From NCBI GenBank assembly GCA_016872715.1, contig VGZD01000003.1, forward strand, positions 8,886-72,885: 64,000 bases of DNA. Reading direction: 5' to 3'. The translations under genes were made by a program, and so were the position numbers. The notes under the pieces were generated by a model. It did not search any database, had not been told where the DNA came from, and saw only the letters and a program-made list of their open reading frames with translations. The stretch comes from Planctomycetota bacterium. Lineage in GTDB: Bacteria; Planctomycetota; UBA1135; GCA-002686595. This document shows, one piece after another, positions 48,201 through 58,413 of the stretch; position 1 is the first letter of the stretch; each line of letters begins with the position of its first letter.

Positions 48201-48260
48201 AGGGCGCACCCGCTCGTTTGCGGCGGGTGCGCCCTGTGATCTGATTCGGAGCCGAATCAG
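48200..48260. terminator. Two consecutive perfect hairpins between convergent genes (candidate bidirectional terminator)
   Basis: Hairpin 1 pairs 'cagggcgcacccgc' (48200..48213) with 'gcgggtgcgccctg' (48223..48236). Hairpin 2 pairs 'ctgattcgg' with 'ccgaatcag' (48241..48260). Confidence 0.55.
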
Positions 48261-48288
48261 GCTCGCGAACGGAGAGCCTCGCGGCCCA

Positions 48289-49041
48289 TCAGCGCCGACG
48301 GCCGGAGCCCTTCTTCTCGGCGCTCATCTTGACCTCGACCGGCGCGACCTTGCCATCGGCGTCGACCTTGATGGTGGCCTCGGCCTTGCCGAGCTTCTCG
48401 TGCCAGAACTTGGCCTTGTGCTCGCCCGCGGGGAGGCCTTCGATCGTGAAGGTGCCGTCGGCGCCCGAGACCGCGTAATGGTTCGTGTTCGCCACGATCA
48501 GCCACGAGTTCATCCACGGGTGGATGTCGCACTTGATCTCGATGCGGTCTTCCTTCTCGAGCTTCTGGATCTCCATCGCGCCCGCGCCGACCATCTTGTT
48601 CAGGCCCTCGTTCTTCGAGGGGTAGGTGTGCACGTTGTGGGAGATCGCGTCCGAGTTCTTGTACTCGACCGTGGTTCCGACCGGCACGATCACGACGTGC
48701 GGATCGAAGCGGCAGGTCTTCTGGTCGAGCACGATCGGCTTCTCCGGCGCCTTGACGGTGGCGCCGGCGATCTCGACGGTCACGACGACATTGGCGATGC
48801 CGCCGTTGGCGCCGATCATCAGACTCTGGTCCTGGGTGTCGACCGTGCCGCAGCCCTCGGACTTGGCGGCGTCGATCGCGAGCGGCTTGACTTCCGGCTT
48901 CTCGCCGTCGAACAGGACCTTGCCGGTCTCCGCGAGGAGGACCGAGCCGGTCAGGGTGCCGCGGACGGGCTCGGCGGGGAGGGTGAAGGCGGTAGCCAGA
49001 GCGGCACCGGCCACGATCGAGGCGAGGGTGATGTTCTTCAT
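48289..49041 (-). CDS. Exported amicyanin/plastocyanin-like cupredoxin with a C-terminal CarboxypepD_reg-like domain
   Basis: ORF 48289..49158. The preferred start 'MKNITLASIVAGAALATAF' is at 49041, with an alternative at 49065. Type-1 Cu ligand pattern: 'SHNVH' ... 'CDIHPWM' (C-x2-H-x2-M). Confidence 0.7.
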   Translation of the reverse strand: MKNITLASIVAGAALATAFTLPAEPVRGTLTGSVLLAETGKVLFDGEKPEVKPLAIDAAKSEGCGTVDTQDQSLMIGANGGIANVVVTVEIAGATVKAPEKPIVLDQKTCRFDPHVVIVPVGTTVEYKNSDAISHNVHTYPSKNEGLNKMVGAGAMEIQKLEKEDRIEIKCDIHPWMNSWLIVANTNHYAVSGADGTFTIEGLPAGEHKAKFWHEKLGKAEATIKVDADGKVAPVEVKMSAEKKGSGRRR

Positions 49042-49109
49042 GGATGCGTGTGAGAGTCGGGACATGTGGCCGTCACGGCTTGCGTCGACGGCCTTCGAGG
49101 CTCCCCAGT

Positions 49110-52100
49110 TCATTGGCCCGGGGAACCCTTGTACATACGGTCGAAGTTGTAGAGCCATTCAAGGACCACCTGAACCTGATCCGCGTTGGTCGAGTTCGGG
49201 TAGCGGTCCTGATACTGCGCCGGAGAGGCTTCGAAGTTGGCCGGCATGGCCGTGCCCGGATACACCAGCGCGGGGTTGATCAGCCAGTCGCGGACCCAGT
49301 CCTCGCGCAGGCGCTCGCGCACGCGCTCGAGGTCGGGGGCCCAGGCGATCGGATCCGCCGGAGGCGGCGTGCCGAGGCGGAAGTGGCACTGGAAGCAATT
49401 GACGCCCTTCACGGCGACCGCTTCTCCGAGCTCCAAGTGATTGGCGAGGAGCGCGCGACGGCTGTCGAGGTGGGTCTTGGAGCGCAGCACGGAGGCCTCA
49501 TAGGCGGGATCCACGGCCGGACGGGTCGTGAACTTCGCCGCGGAGGCGTACGCGAGCACCTTGGGGAAGTTGGCCTCGATGGCCATGGAAACGCCGTCCT
49601 CGATCTCCCTGAGCGCCGTCACGTCCATGCGAGCGGCCGCGGCGAAGGCCTCGGCGTCCTGCTTGGCGGATCGTCGCGCAGCGCGCGTGAAGTTGGCCGG
49701 CCACTCCTGATGCGACTTCTGGGCGAAGTAGTCCGCGATCGACTCGGCCTCGCCGGGGTCGTAGCGGAAGGACGGCATGCGCACGCGCAGTTGCGGGCGC
49801 AGGGACACCACGTCGCGCAGGAAGCTGAAGAACCAGCCGCGTTGGAGCTTGCCGCCCTCGTCCCACAGGACCGGCGGTGCGAAGGTCCACCGGACCTTGT
49901 CGTAGGGCTCGGTCGAATGGTCGCGCAGCTTGCCGTCGACGTCGACGACGCCCCACTCGTCGCCGCTACCGCCGCTCACATAGCTGTAGGCATCGTCGCC
50001 TTCCTTCGAGCTGTCGTAGAGCTCGATGCCGCTCATGTAGTAGTCGGTCACGACGCGGATGAAGTCGCCACCGTGGGGCGCCGTGGTCGCGACCAGCCGC
50101 TCGGGAGCCACGAACACCTTGTCGCCCATGCCCTTTTGAACGCTGGGCTCGGGGCGCAGCACGCGGAAGGTGAGCTCGTCGACTTCGTACTTCTCGGCGT
50201 CGGTCTTGATGGCCGCGAGGTCGTGGGCCGAGGGCACCTTCTGGTCCTCGGACATGGGCTGGATCTCGGCCGCGATCGTGTGGGCGAGGCCGTTCTCGTC
50301 CGTGAAGGTGATCGTGCCCGGATCGATCATGTGGCAGGCGGCGCAGTTGTTCTGGCGCACCGCGCGCATGCCGGCGTCCATCGAGTGCTGGGCCGGCGTC
50401 GGAACCATCTTGGCGAGCTGCACTTCATCGTCGACGAGGCCGATGATGAAGGTCGTGATGGCCTGCTCTTGCTCGGCGGTGAAGCCGAAGTAGGGCATGC
50501 GCAGCTTCTCGCTGGGGTTCTTGATCTTCTGCTGGTCGTAGGAGCGCGGGGCGTGCAGCTTCTGCATCAGCCAGCCCTCGCGGTAGTTCGGGTCCAGCTT
50601 GACGAAGCCGAAGTCGAGCTTGTCGACGGTCTTCGAGCCCCAGTTGGAGAGCTCGGCGCCGATCGGCATCCAGTCCTGCGTGCCCTCGATTTCGTGGCAG
50701 CTGAAGCAACCGTAGTTGGCGACCAGCTTCTCGCCGACGGCGACCTTGAGCTTGGCCAAGTCCGCCCACTCGCCGCGCTCGAGACGCTCCTCGACCGCCG
50801 TGCGACCGTCGCGGGCGAAGAACCAGCGCGCCTGCTCCGAGAGCACCTCGCGCAGCGTGCCTTCGGCCATGTCGACGAGCTTGGGGTTCCAGCCTTCCGG
50901 CACATCGCGGAAGTACCCGTCGGGGTCCTCCATGATGTAGGCGGTGATGTCGGCCGCTTCCTGATCCGACAGGCGCAGGTTGGGCATGCGCGTGTCTTCC
51001 CAGTACTTGGTCGGGTCCTTGAGCCACTGGAAGAGCCACTCCTTGGTGACCTTCGTGGCGACGCCGCGCAGGTTCGGGCCGTGCTCGTTCTCGCCGGTGC
51101 GGGCGAGCGCGAGGTCATTCGCCGTCGCTTCCTCGCCGTAGGGCGCGAGGTTGTGGCAGGCGAAACAGCCCGAGAGGCGCATGGTCTCGCGGCCGCGGTG
51201 CGCATCACCCTCGGCGGGCACGGCCGGCATGGCCGCGAGCGGCGCGCGCTCGATGAGGTAGGCCGTGATCGCGGCGATCGCGGCGTTGTCCCACTCGCGT
51301 CCCTCGATGGGGCGGCCCGCGCCGTACTTCGAATTCGTGATCGTCTCGCCCGGGGCGTAGTTGCCGCCCTCGATGTGGAAGAACTGCGGCATCCACGTGG
51401 TCGGACGGAAGGCCTTCGGATCGGTGATCCAGCCCGTCACGAACTCCGGCGTGAGCTTGGCCTGCAGGTTGCGCAGGTTCGGGCCCGGACGGCGCTTGGT
51501 CGGGAACCAGTCGATCTTGTGGCAGCTGTAGCAGCCGTAGCGCTCGACGAGCTCGTAGCCCTTCGAGACCGTCGGCGCGTCTTCGGAGATGAGCTCCATC
51601 GAGCTCTTGTGGCACTGCACGCACGAGGCTTCCGTGTACTCGCTCGCGAGCATCGGGTAGTCCCAGTGGTGCTGCTTGTGCCAGTGGTGCTCCTCGGCCC
51701 ACGCCGCCTGCTCGCCCATGTCGGTCGGGCGGTGGTCGGAGCGGATGAAGTCGAGCGCCTCGCCCGAGCCGCGGTGGCAGATCGTGCAGCCGAACTCGTT
51801 GAGCGGGTGCGGCGACTTCGAGCTCAGGTACAGATCGAGACGCGGGTGCGACGCGTAGGGCTGAGCCTCACCCTCGAACCCGGCGCGATCCGCGCCGAGG
51901 TGGCAGGTGTGGCACATGTCGATGCGCTTCTTCTTGGTGAAGTTGAGCTCGAAGGTCAGCTTGTCGAGCACGACCTTGTTGACCTTCAGGTTGGGCTTCA
52001 CGAAGTCCAGGCCCGGCGCGTCGCGGACGACGTCGGCCACCTTTTCCGGAGCGCTCATGGCACTGCGGTCGAGCTGCACGAGGCGCTTGCGCACCTGCTC

Positions 52101-52682
52101 GAGGTCGCGCGAACCGATCGCGAGCGCCTTCTTGGCGTTGTCGCGCTCGCGGGTGAGGTCCGAGATCTCGTTGTCGAGCGCGAGCTTCTTGCCTTCGAGC
52201 ACCTCTTGGATGCCCATGGCCTCGTTCATCTCGCGCTCGATCGAGCCGATCTGCACCTGATCGAGGGTCGGGTTGCCTTCCCTGAGACGCTCTTCCTCGA
52301 GCAGGTAGCGGTCCCAGTTGTAGGCGCTCTTGCGCTTCTTGGCCGCCTCGATCGCGCTCCACAGCTCACCGCGCGCGAGCCGCTGGCGCTCGGTGACCTC
52401 GGCGATCTTGGCCGCGTTGGCCGTCACGCGCTGCTCGGCCTCGGACACCCGCGCGATGAGCTCGGCTTCGCGCGCCGTCGCGCCCTCCAGCGTCAGCTCC
52501 TGCTCCGCCGCGCGCGCCTTCGCAATCTCGATCTCGCGGAAGTCGCGCTGGTAGTGCTTCCAAGGCCGCTCCCAGTCGTCGATCATCATCCAGACGACGG
52601 AGAGCAGAATGGCCACGCTCGAGAGGAGGAACCACTTGTTCAGCGTCGAGACGCTGTAGTGGGTATCGCCACGATCCGCCAT
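49110..52682 (-). CDS. Membrane-anchored octahaem c-type cytochrome (1,190 aa)
   Basis: Eight CXXCH motifs were read in the translation: CHTCH, CTICH, CVQCH, CYSCH, CFACH, CFSCH, CAACH and CFQCH. The N-terminal TM segment is 'WFLLSSVAILLSVVWMMI'. Confidence 0.85.
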   Translation of the reverse strand: MADRGDTHYSVSTLNKWFLLSSVAILLSVVWMMIDDWERPWKHYQRDFREIEIAKARAAEQELTLEGATAREAELIARVSEAEQRVTANAAKIAEVTERQRLARGELWSAIEAAKKRKSAYNWDRYLLEEERLREGNPTLDQVQIGSIEREMNEAMGIQEVLEGKKLALDNEISDLTRERDNAKKALAIGSRDLEQVRKRLVQLDRSAMSAPEKVADVVRDAPGLDFVKPNLKVNKVVLDKLTFELNFTKKKRIDMCHTCHLGADRAGFEGEAQPYASHPRLDLYLSSKSPHPLNEFGCTICHRGSGEALDFIRSDHRPTDMGEQAAWAEEHHWHKQHHWDYPMLASEYTEASCVQCHKSSMELISEDAPTVSKGYELVERYGCYSCHKIDWFPTKRRPGPNLRNLQAKLTPEFVTGWITDPKAFRPTTWMPQFFHIEGGNYAPGETITNSKYGAGRPIEGREWDNAAIAAITAYLIERAPLAAMPAVPAEGDAHRGRETMRLSGCFACHNLAPYGEEATANDLALARTGENEHGPNLRGVATKVTKEWLFQWLKDPTKYWEDTRMPNLRLSDQEAADITAYIMEDPDGYFRDVPEGWNPKLVDMAEGTLREVLSEQARWFFARDGRTAVEERLERGEWADLAKLKVAVGEKLVANYGCFSCHEIEGTQDWMPIGAELSNWGSKTVDKLDFGFVKLDPNYREGWLMQKLHAPRSYDQQKIKNPSEKLRMPYFGFTAEQEQAITTFIIGLVDDEVQLAKMVPTPAQHSMDAGMRAVRQNNCAACHMIDPGTITFTDENGLAHTIAAEIQPMSEDQKVPSAHDLAAIKTDAEKYEVDELTFRVLRPEPSVQKGMGDKVFVAPERLVATTAPHGGDFIRVVTDYYMSGIELYDSSKEGDDAYSYVSGGSGDEWGVVDVDGKLRDHSTEPYDKVRWTFAPPVLWDEGGKLQRGWFFSFLRDVVSLRPQLRVRMPSFRYDPGEAESIADYFAQKSHQEWPANFTRAARRSAKQDAEAFAAAARMDVTALREIEDGVSMAIEANFPKVLAYASAAKFTTRPAVDPAYEASVLRSKTHLDSRRALLANHLELGEAVAVKGVNCFQCHFRLGTPPPADPIAWAPDLERVRERLREDWVRDWLINPALVYPGTAMPANFEASPAQYQDRYPNSTNADQVQVVLEWLYNFDRMYKGSPGQ

Positions 52683-52740
52683 GGGGGTAGTCCGAGAGGT
52701 GCGGGGAAGTGCGTGCGGAAGGGAACGGCGCGCAGTCGTT

Positions 52741-53883
52741 TCAGACGTTGAAGAAGTACTCGGGCATGCCGATGAAGTACTTCAAGTTCACGGTCCAGCG
52801 CAGGCCCATCTTCACTGGGATCAGCACGAACCACAGGAACAGGTGCATGAAGACGTTGAAGCGCACCATGCCCATTTCCTCGACCATCTTCTTCATCACG
52901 GTCTTGCCGAAGAGCGGCGGCAGGACGAGGAAGTAGCCGAGCAGTGCCACGATGCCGGGGGCCTCGCGCACGAACGCGTTGTCCGGTCGCGGCTTGTCGA
53001 GCAGCTCGACCCAGAAGTACGTCGAGAGGTCGACGTTCACCATCGGCTCCAGCTTGTGGAGGTCCCAATACTCGAACGGGCCGAAGAACGACCAGTTCGG
53101 ACCGCGCAGGAAGGTGCCGAGGATCACGAACGACACCCAGAAGAGCAGGAATCCGACCCAGAAGAACGCGATCGCGAACGGGCGCTCCTCGAAGGTGTAG
53201 TAGCCGTTGCCCTTGGGGTTGAGGTCGAGGTAGGGGATCGCGCACAGGCCGACGACGATGAAGCTCGGCAGCACCACGCCGGCGAGCCAGGGATCGAAGT
53301 AGACCAGCAGCTCTTGTAGGCCGAGGAAGTACCACGGCGCCTTGGACGGGTTGGGGGTGCGGGCCGTGGCGGCCGGCTCCTCGATCGGCGCGGTGATCAG
53401 GATCGACCACACCAGCATGCCCGCCGTGAACAGGATCAGGCAGATGAGCTCGGTGTAGACGAGATCGGGCCAGGTGAAGACCTTCTGCTTGGCGAGCTCG
53501 CCTTCGAGCGTGGGCTCGCCGCGCTTGGTGCGCTCGTCGTTGATGACGGCGCGGCGCAGCGCGAGCCACGTGAAGAAGATCACCGACGCGAACAGGATCA
53601 CGATCGGCACGTTGTCGGGCTTCGTGATGATCGCGTTGAAGTTCGGGTCCTGGAACGCGAACACGAAGTAGGCGGTCGACAGCGCGAAGAACGCCGTGAT
53701 CACCCACACCTGCGCAAAGAACTTGCGGAAGTAGAGGATCCCCACCACGGCGAGGATGCTCGCCACGCTGTAGCGCGTGGGCTCGGTGAGCCAGTTCGAG
53801 AAGTTCTTGAGGCCGGCCGCGATCGGTCCGTCGTGGACGGGAGCGCCGCCGCCACCCAGCAAAGTCGCAAGAGCGAGGTGCAT
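52741..53883 (-). CDS. Cytochrome b C-terminal half (b6f subunit-IV-like), enlarged
   Basis: 380-aa polytopic ORF. 'TWPDLVY' and 'PSKAPWYFLGLQELL' correspond to the subunit IV / PEWY region. Confidence 0.85.
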   Translation of the reverse strand: MHLALATLLGGGGAPVHDGPIAAGLKNFSNWLTEPTRYSVASILAVVGILYFRKFFAQVWVITAFFALSTAYFVFAFQDPNFNAIITKPDNVPIVILFASVIFFTWLALRRAVINDERTKRGEPTLEGELAKQKVFTWPDLVYTELICLILFTAGMLVWSILITAPIEEPAATARTPNPSKAPWYFLGLQELLVYFDPWLAGVVLPSFIVVGLCAIPYLDLNPKGNGYYTFEERPFAIAFFWVGFLLFWVSFVILGTFLRGPNWSFFGPFEYWDLHKLEPMVNVDLSTYFWVELLDKPRPDNAFVREAPGIVALLGYFLVLPPLFGKTVMKKMVEEMGMVRFNVFMHLFLWFVLIPVKMGLRWTVNLKYFIGMPEYFFNV

Positions 53884-53895
53884 CGCTTGGCTTCC

Positions 53896-54672
<777 letters not shown>

Positions 54673-54741
54673 GAGGGGCAGCGAAAGGCCGGGGCGGGAC
54701 GGGGCGGAGTGGTCAGCCCATCAAGCTTGGGGGCGCGACGT

Positions 54742-55380
54742 TCAGGCGTAGGCCAGGTAGGCGCCATCGAGCGACCACTGGCCCTTCTCTTCCTGAAACT
54801 TGGTGTTCTTGTCGATCAGGATCTGGCCATCCTCGGCCAGCGCGATCTTGTAGCGCTCGAGCGGCCGCGGGGCCGGCCCTTCGACGTTGACGCCGGTGCG
54901 CACGAAGCCCGAGCCATGGCAGGGGCACTTGAACTTCTCGTCGGTCGGCAGCCAGTTGGGCGTGCACCCAAGGTGCGTGCAAACGGTGGAGAGCGCATAG
55001 AAGCCGGTGGGCTCGCGCACGATCCAGACGCCGTAGGCCGCCTTGAAGCGCTCATCGACGGCGCCGACCGCGAACTCGGTCGGGTAGCCAGCCTTGAACT
55101 CCTGCGGCGGCTCGTAGAGCACGTTGGGCATCATGAAGCGCAGCATCGCGCCAGCGCCGGCGGCGTTGGCGGCCGCGAAGGCGCCCCAGCCCAGCCCAAG
55201 GACTGAAAACAGGCCGCGGCGCGAGACGTCGCCGCGCAGCGGAGCGGTGCGCAGGGGCGGCGGCTGGTGGGAGGGTGCGGAGGGGGTCTGGGGCTTCTCG
55301 TCGGCCACGGGGATCGGAGGGGATCGAGGTTGCGCGAGGGCTCGGGTTACGCCGCCGCGACCGGTGCCGACCGACGCCAC
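54742..55380 (-). CDS. Rieske 2Fe-2S subunit
   Basis: 'CTHLGC' and 'CPCHGSGF' boxes and a Tat-like 'SRRGLFSVLGLG' leader. The start is uncertain: GTG at 55380 or an internal GTG near 55305. Confidence 0.85.
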   Translation of the reverse strand: MASVGTGRGGVTRALAQPRSPPIPVADEKPQTPSAPSHQPPPLRTAPLRGDVSRRGLFSVLGLGWGAFAAANAAGAGAMLRFMMPNVLYEPPQEFKAGYPTEFAVGAVDERFKAAYGVWIVREPTGFYALSTVCTHLGCTPNWLPTDEKFKCPCHGSGFVRTGVNVEGPAPRPLERYKIALAEDGQILIDKNTKFQEEKGQWSLDGAYLAYA

Positions 55381-55584
55381 CCACAGGCGACGTCAGTACG
55401 GCGCGCAATCGCCGCGGACATGGGGACCGAGAGGATGGGGAAATCTGGGCGCCGAAGCAAGCCCCGCGCGGCTGCGATTCCCACGCCCTCCCGAGCCGCG
55501 CGGGCAGTCTGGCGCGTGCCCCGTCACGGCGCGCCGCCCTGCCCCGCCGAGCGCGGGTTCGGGCGTGCGAATCGGACGACCGAT

Positions 55585-55668
55585 CCGCCTCGAGGGTCGC
55601 CTCGAGGGCCGCCGCGCGAGCCGCCGAACGGGCCTCCGAAATGGCTTCCGAAAGGGCCGCCGCGAGGG
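55585..55668. repeat. Degenerate 12-bp periodic array, about 7 units (ccNcc..cga.gg)
   Basis: Units read in order: ccgcctcgaggg, tcgcctcgaggg, ccgccgcgcgag, ccgccgaacggg, cctccgaaatgg, cttccgaaaggg, ccgccgcgaggg. The array lies in the 320-nt gap between the HEAT gene and the Rieske gene. Confidence 0.7.
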
Positions 55669-55700
55669 CGGACTCCGGCGCGGCTCAAGGGGGTCCCTTT

Positions 55701-56663
55701 TCAGCGTGCCGACGACGACTGCAAGGCCCGCATCGCCGCCTCGCGGACCTGCAGGCTCGCGTCGTCCTTGGCCACGGCCTCGAGCAGCGCTCGGTCCTGC
55801 GCGCGCCCGAGTCGACCGAGCGCGGCCACGGCGTGCAGGCGGGTCGACTCGACGAGGCGCTCGGACGCGAATTTCTTCGGCTGCGCGCTCTGCACCGACG
55901 CGTAGCTGGCCGGATCGACGAGCTCGTGCAACACCTCGACGCCGCGCGCGTCGCCCAAATGCGACAGCGAGATGGCGGCCTGACCGCGCAGCTCGAGCGC
56001 GGGATCGCCCAACAGGCGCGCGAGCGCCTCCTTCGTGGCGTCGCCGGGGAGGTTCTGAAGCACCGCCGCCGCCGTCTGGCGCAGGAACGACTCCGGGGAG
56101 TCGAGCAGCGGGATGATGCGCGAGGCCGCGCGCTCGTCGGACAGCCACGACAGGCCCATCAAGGCCGACACGCGCAGTTGGCCGTCGGCGTCCTGCTCTT
56201 CGGTGGCATCGAGGAAGATAGACAGACGATCGAATGCTTGTGGGTCGTCGTAGAGCGCCGAAAGCTGGGCGATGGCCAGCCGTCGCGCGGTCGGGCCAGC
56301 GTCCTTGGAGACGTCCTCCCAGGCCCGCCCCAGCCGCTCGGCGAACTCCGGCCCCACCGGCCAAGGCTCCGCGGCTCCCGCGGCGCGCGCACGCTGGTTC
56401 TCGAGCGCCTGCGACACCAGGCTCATGGCGGCCTGCTTGCGCTCGTTCAGCCCGCCGTCGACCACGCGGCGCAGGTTGTCCTCGATCGAGGTCTCCTCCC
56501 CCGCCACGGCACCGAAGAACACGAACACCAGCACCAGCACGCCGACCACCATGAACGGCACGACCACCAGCGGTACGAGCAGGTTCTGGTAGGGCGACCG
56601 GGGCGTCTCGGGGGCGGGCTGGGTCGGATCGGGATCCGATACTTCGATGGTGCGATCGCTCAA
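55701..56663 (-). CDS. Membrane-anchored HEAT-repeat protein
   Basis: 320-aa ORF with the TM segment 'LLVPLVVVPFMVVGVLVLVFVFF'. It has repeated 'R..A...L..LGD..A...L' helical units. Confidence 0.65.
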   Translation of the reverse strand: MSDRTIEVSDPDPTQPAPETPRSPYQNLLVPLVVVPFMVVGVLVLVFVFFGAVAGEETSIEDNLRRVVDGGLNERKQAAMSLVSQALENQRARAAGAAEPWPVGPEFAERLGRAWEDVSKDAGPTARRLAIAQLSALYDDPQAFDRLSIFLDATEEQDADGQLRVSALMGLSWLSDERAASRIIPLLDSPESFLRQTAAAVLQNLPGDATKEALARLLGDPALELRGQAAISLSHLGDARGVEVLHELVDPASYASVQSAQPKKFASERLVESTRLHAVAALGRLGRAQDRALLEAVAKDDASLQVREAAMRALQSSSAR

Positions 56664-56749
56664 GGGAAGGCTCGGGGCGCGTTGGGAGACAAGCTCTGGC
56701 GGGGAGACAGGCTCTTTTGGGTAGCGGGCAGCGGAAGGCGGCCTTGGAT

Positions 56750-57955
56750 TCAGCGGCGCGCGACGGGCAGATCGCCCAGCCGCGCGGGGCGCGGCAGGTC
56801 CCCCACCAGCGGGCGCAGGTAGTCGAGGAACGGCAGGGCCACGTCGTGGGGACCGGCGAGCAGGGCGGCCTCCATGGGACGCGTCTCACGCGCGACGAGC
56901 GCGAGCTCGTTGCGACGGTAGCTGACGCGATACGGCGCGTTCGACTCGCGCACGATCGACAGCGTGCCGCTCAACGCTTCGCGCGACAGCGCCGCGCGCG
57001 CGGCGAAGCGACCGACCTCGCGCGCCTCGGCGGCGTCGACCGACGAGGCCGCGCCGAAGTACGAGCGCTGCGCGTAGCCGAAGGTGTCGGCGCGCACGCG
57101 CAGCTTCTCGCCGAGCTGGCTCTTGAGCAGCGCCGCGAGCTTGTCGCCGAGGGCGCCCGAGCCCGAGAGCTGCACGTTGCCGTGGGAGTCGACCTCCTTG
57201 GACTCAGCGAACAGGCGCCCCTGTGCGTCGTGGATGCCCTCCGACACCGCCACGATGCAGCGGCCGAGGCGCTTGTAGACCGAGTCGACCGCCGTCACGA
57301 ATTCGTGCGCATCGAAGGCAGTTTCCGGCACGTACACCAGGTGCGGGCCATCGTCGAGGTGCGTGCGCGCGAGCACGCTCGCAGCCGTCAGCCAGCCGGC
57401 GTTGCGTCCCATCACGACGTTGATCTTGATGCCCGGCAGGCTGCGCACGTCGACGTTGTCGCCGAGGAAGCACGAGGCCACGTAGCGCGCCGCCGAGGCG
57501 TAGCCCGGGCAGTGATCCGTGCCGCGCAGGTCGTTGTCGATCGTCTTGGGCACGTGGTAGACGAACAGCTCATAGCCGACGTCCCGCGCAATGCTCGCGA
57601 GGATGTGCGCGGTCTCGGCCGAGTCGTTGCCGCCGATGTAGAAGAAGTAGCGCACGTCGTAGCGGCGCAGCACCGACAGGGCGCGCTCGCACTCTTCGCG
57701 CGTCGGCTTCTTGCGCACCGAGCGCAGCGCCGCGCCCGGGGTCTGCGCCACGGCCTCGAGCACGTCGGCGCGCTCGGCGCCGAGGTCGACGAACTGCTCG
57801 TCGAGCACCCCCTTGAAGCCGTGCAGCGTGCCCCAGACGTTCTCGACGAGCGCGCTCGAGCGAGCCGTCTCCACGATCCCGACGAGGCTCTGGTTGATGA
57901 CGTGGGTGGGACCACCCGACTGGCCGATCAGGACGTTGCCTTGGGGTGCGCTCAC
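56750..57955 (-). CDS. pfp: 6-phosphofructokinase, pyrophosphate-dependent type by signature
   Basis: GTG at 57955 in ORF 56750..58300. Motifs: 'LIGQSGGPTHVIN', 'FFYIGGNDSA', 'VPKTIDNDL' and 'VMGRNAGWL'. Confidence 0.85.
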   Translation of the reverse strand: MSAPQGNVLIGQSGGPTHVINQSLVGIVETARSSALVENVWGTLHGFKGVLDEQFVDLGAERADVLEAVAQTPGAALRSVRKKPTREECERALSVLRRYDVRYFFYIGGNDSAETAHILASIARDVGYELFVYHVPKTIDNDLRGTDHCPGYASAARYVASCFLGDNVDVRSLPGIKINVVMGRNAGWLTAASVLARTHLDDGPHLVYVPETAFDAHEFVTAVDSVYKRLGRCIVAVSEGIHDAQGRLFAESKEVDSHGNVQLSGSGALGDKLAALLKSQLGEKLRVRADTFGYAQRSYFGAASSVDAAEAREVGRFAARAALSREALSGTLSIVRESNAPYRVSYRRNELALVARETRPMEAALLAGPHDVALPFLDYLRPLVGDLPRPARLGDLPVARR

Positions 57956-58093
57956 GGGTCGCTCGGAGTTTCGTCGGGGGAGGGATCGGAGGAGGCGGGG
58001 GTCGCGCCACACGTGTCGACCCCCATGCAAGCCAAAGACCCTAGCTCCCACCCCCGTCCTAGCCAAGCCGTCGAGCGTCGTAGCGCAGCCCAC

Positions 58094-58121
58094 TTGAACC
58101 GGCCGCGCGCGCTGATATGCT
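58094..58121 (+). promoter_or_regulatory. Candidate sigma70-like promoter upstream of tRNA-Leu (TTGAAC-16 nt-TATGCT)
   Basis: The hexamers were read directly at 58094..58099 and 58116..58121, about 95 nt upstream of the tRNA 5' end. Confidence 0.3.
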
Positions 58122-58214
58122 CCCCGCCCCTCGGGTTTCGCCCGAGGCGGCGCGCAGGGACAGACCCCCATCTGCCCAGAGCCCTGCGACGCCCCGACTG
58201 ACGCGATCCAAGGT

Positions 58215-58299
58215 GCCCTCGTGGCGGAATTGGCAGACGCACCAGCTTGAGGTGCTGGCGGGTAACACCGTGGTGGTTCGAATCCACTCGAGGGCACCA
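58215..58299 (+). tRNA. tRNA-Leu (anticodon GAG), long variable arm, encoded CCA
   Basis: Folded by hand. The acceptor GCCCTCG pairs with CGAGGGC. The anticodon stem CCAGC/GCTGG carries the loop TTGAGGT (GAG at 58249..58251). The T-arm is GGTGG-TTCGAAT-CCACT and the 3' end is ACCA. Confidence 0.9.
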
Positions 58300-58413
58300 C
58301 CTTTTTGACGCGTGGGACGGCCTACGAAGCGCCGCCGCTGGCTTCGTTGCCGCGAACCACCACGCGTGGACCTCCGCAGGCAGAGCCTGCTCGGGGGGCA
58401 GTGGCGGGACGGA

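Noticed and set aside
55267-55905. The plus-strand ORF with a 'PPRG SPRG PPRE PPNG PPKW LPKG PPRG' repeat as a real proline-rich protein
   Set aside because: The rest of the ORF is shadow-like and overlaps the HEAT-repeat gene. The periodicity is better explained as a non-coding 12-bp DNA repeat.
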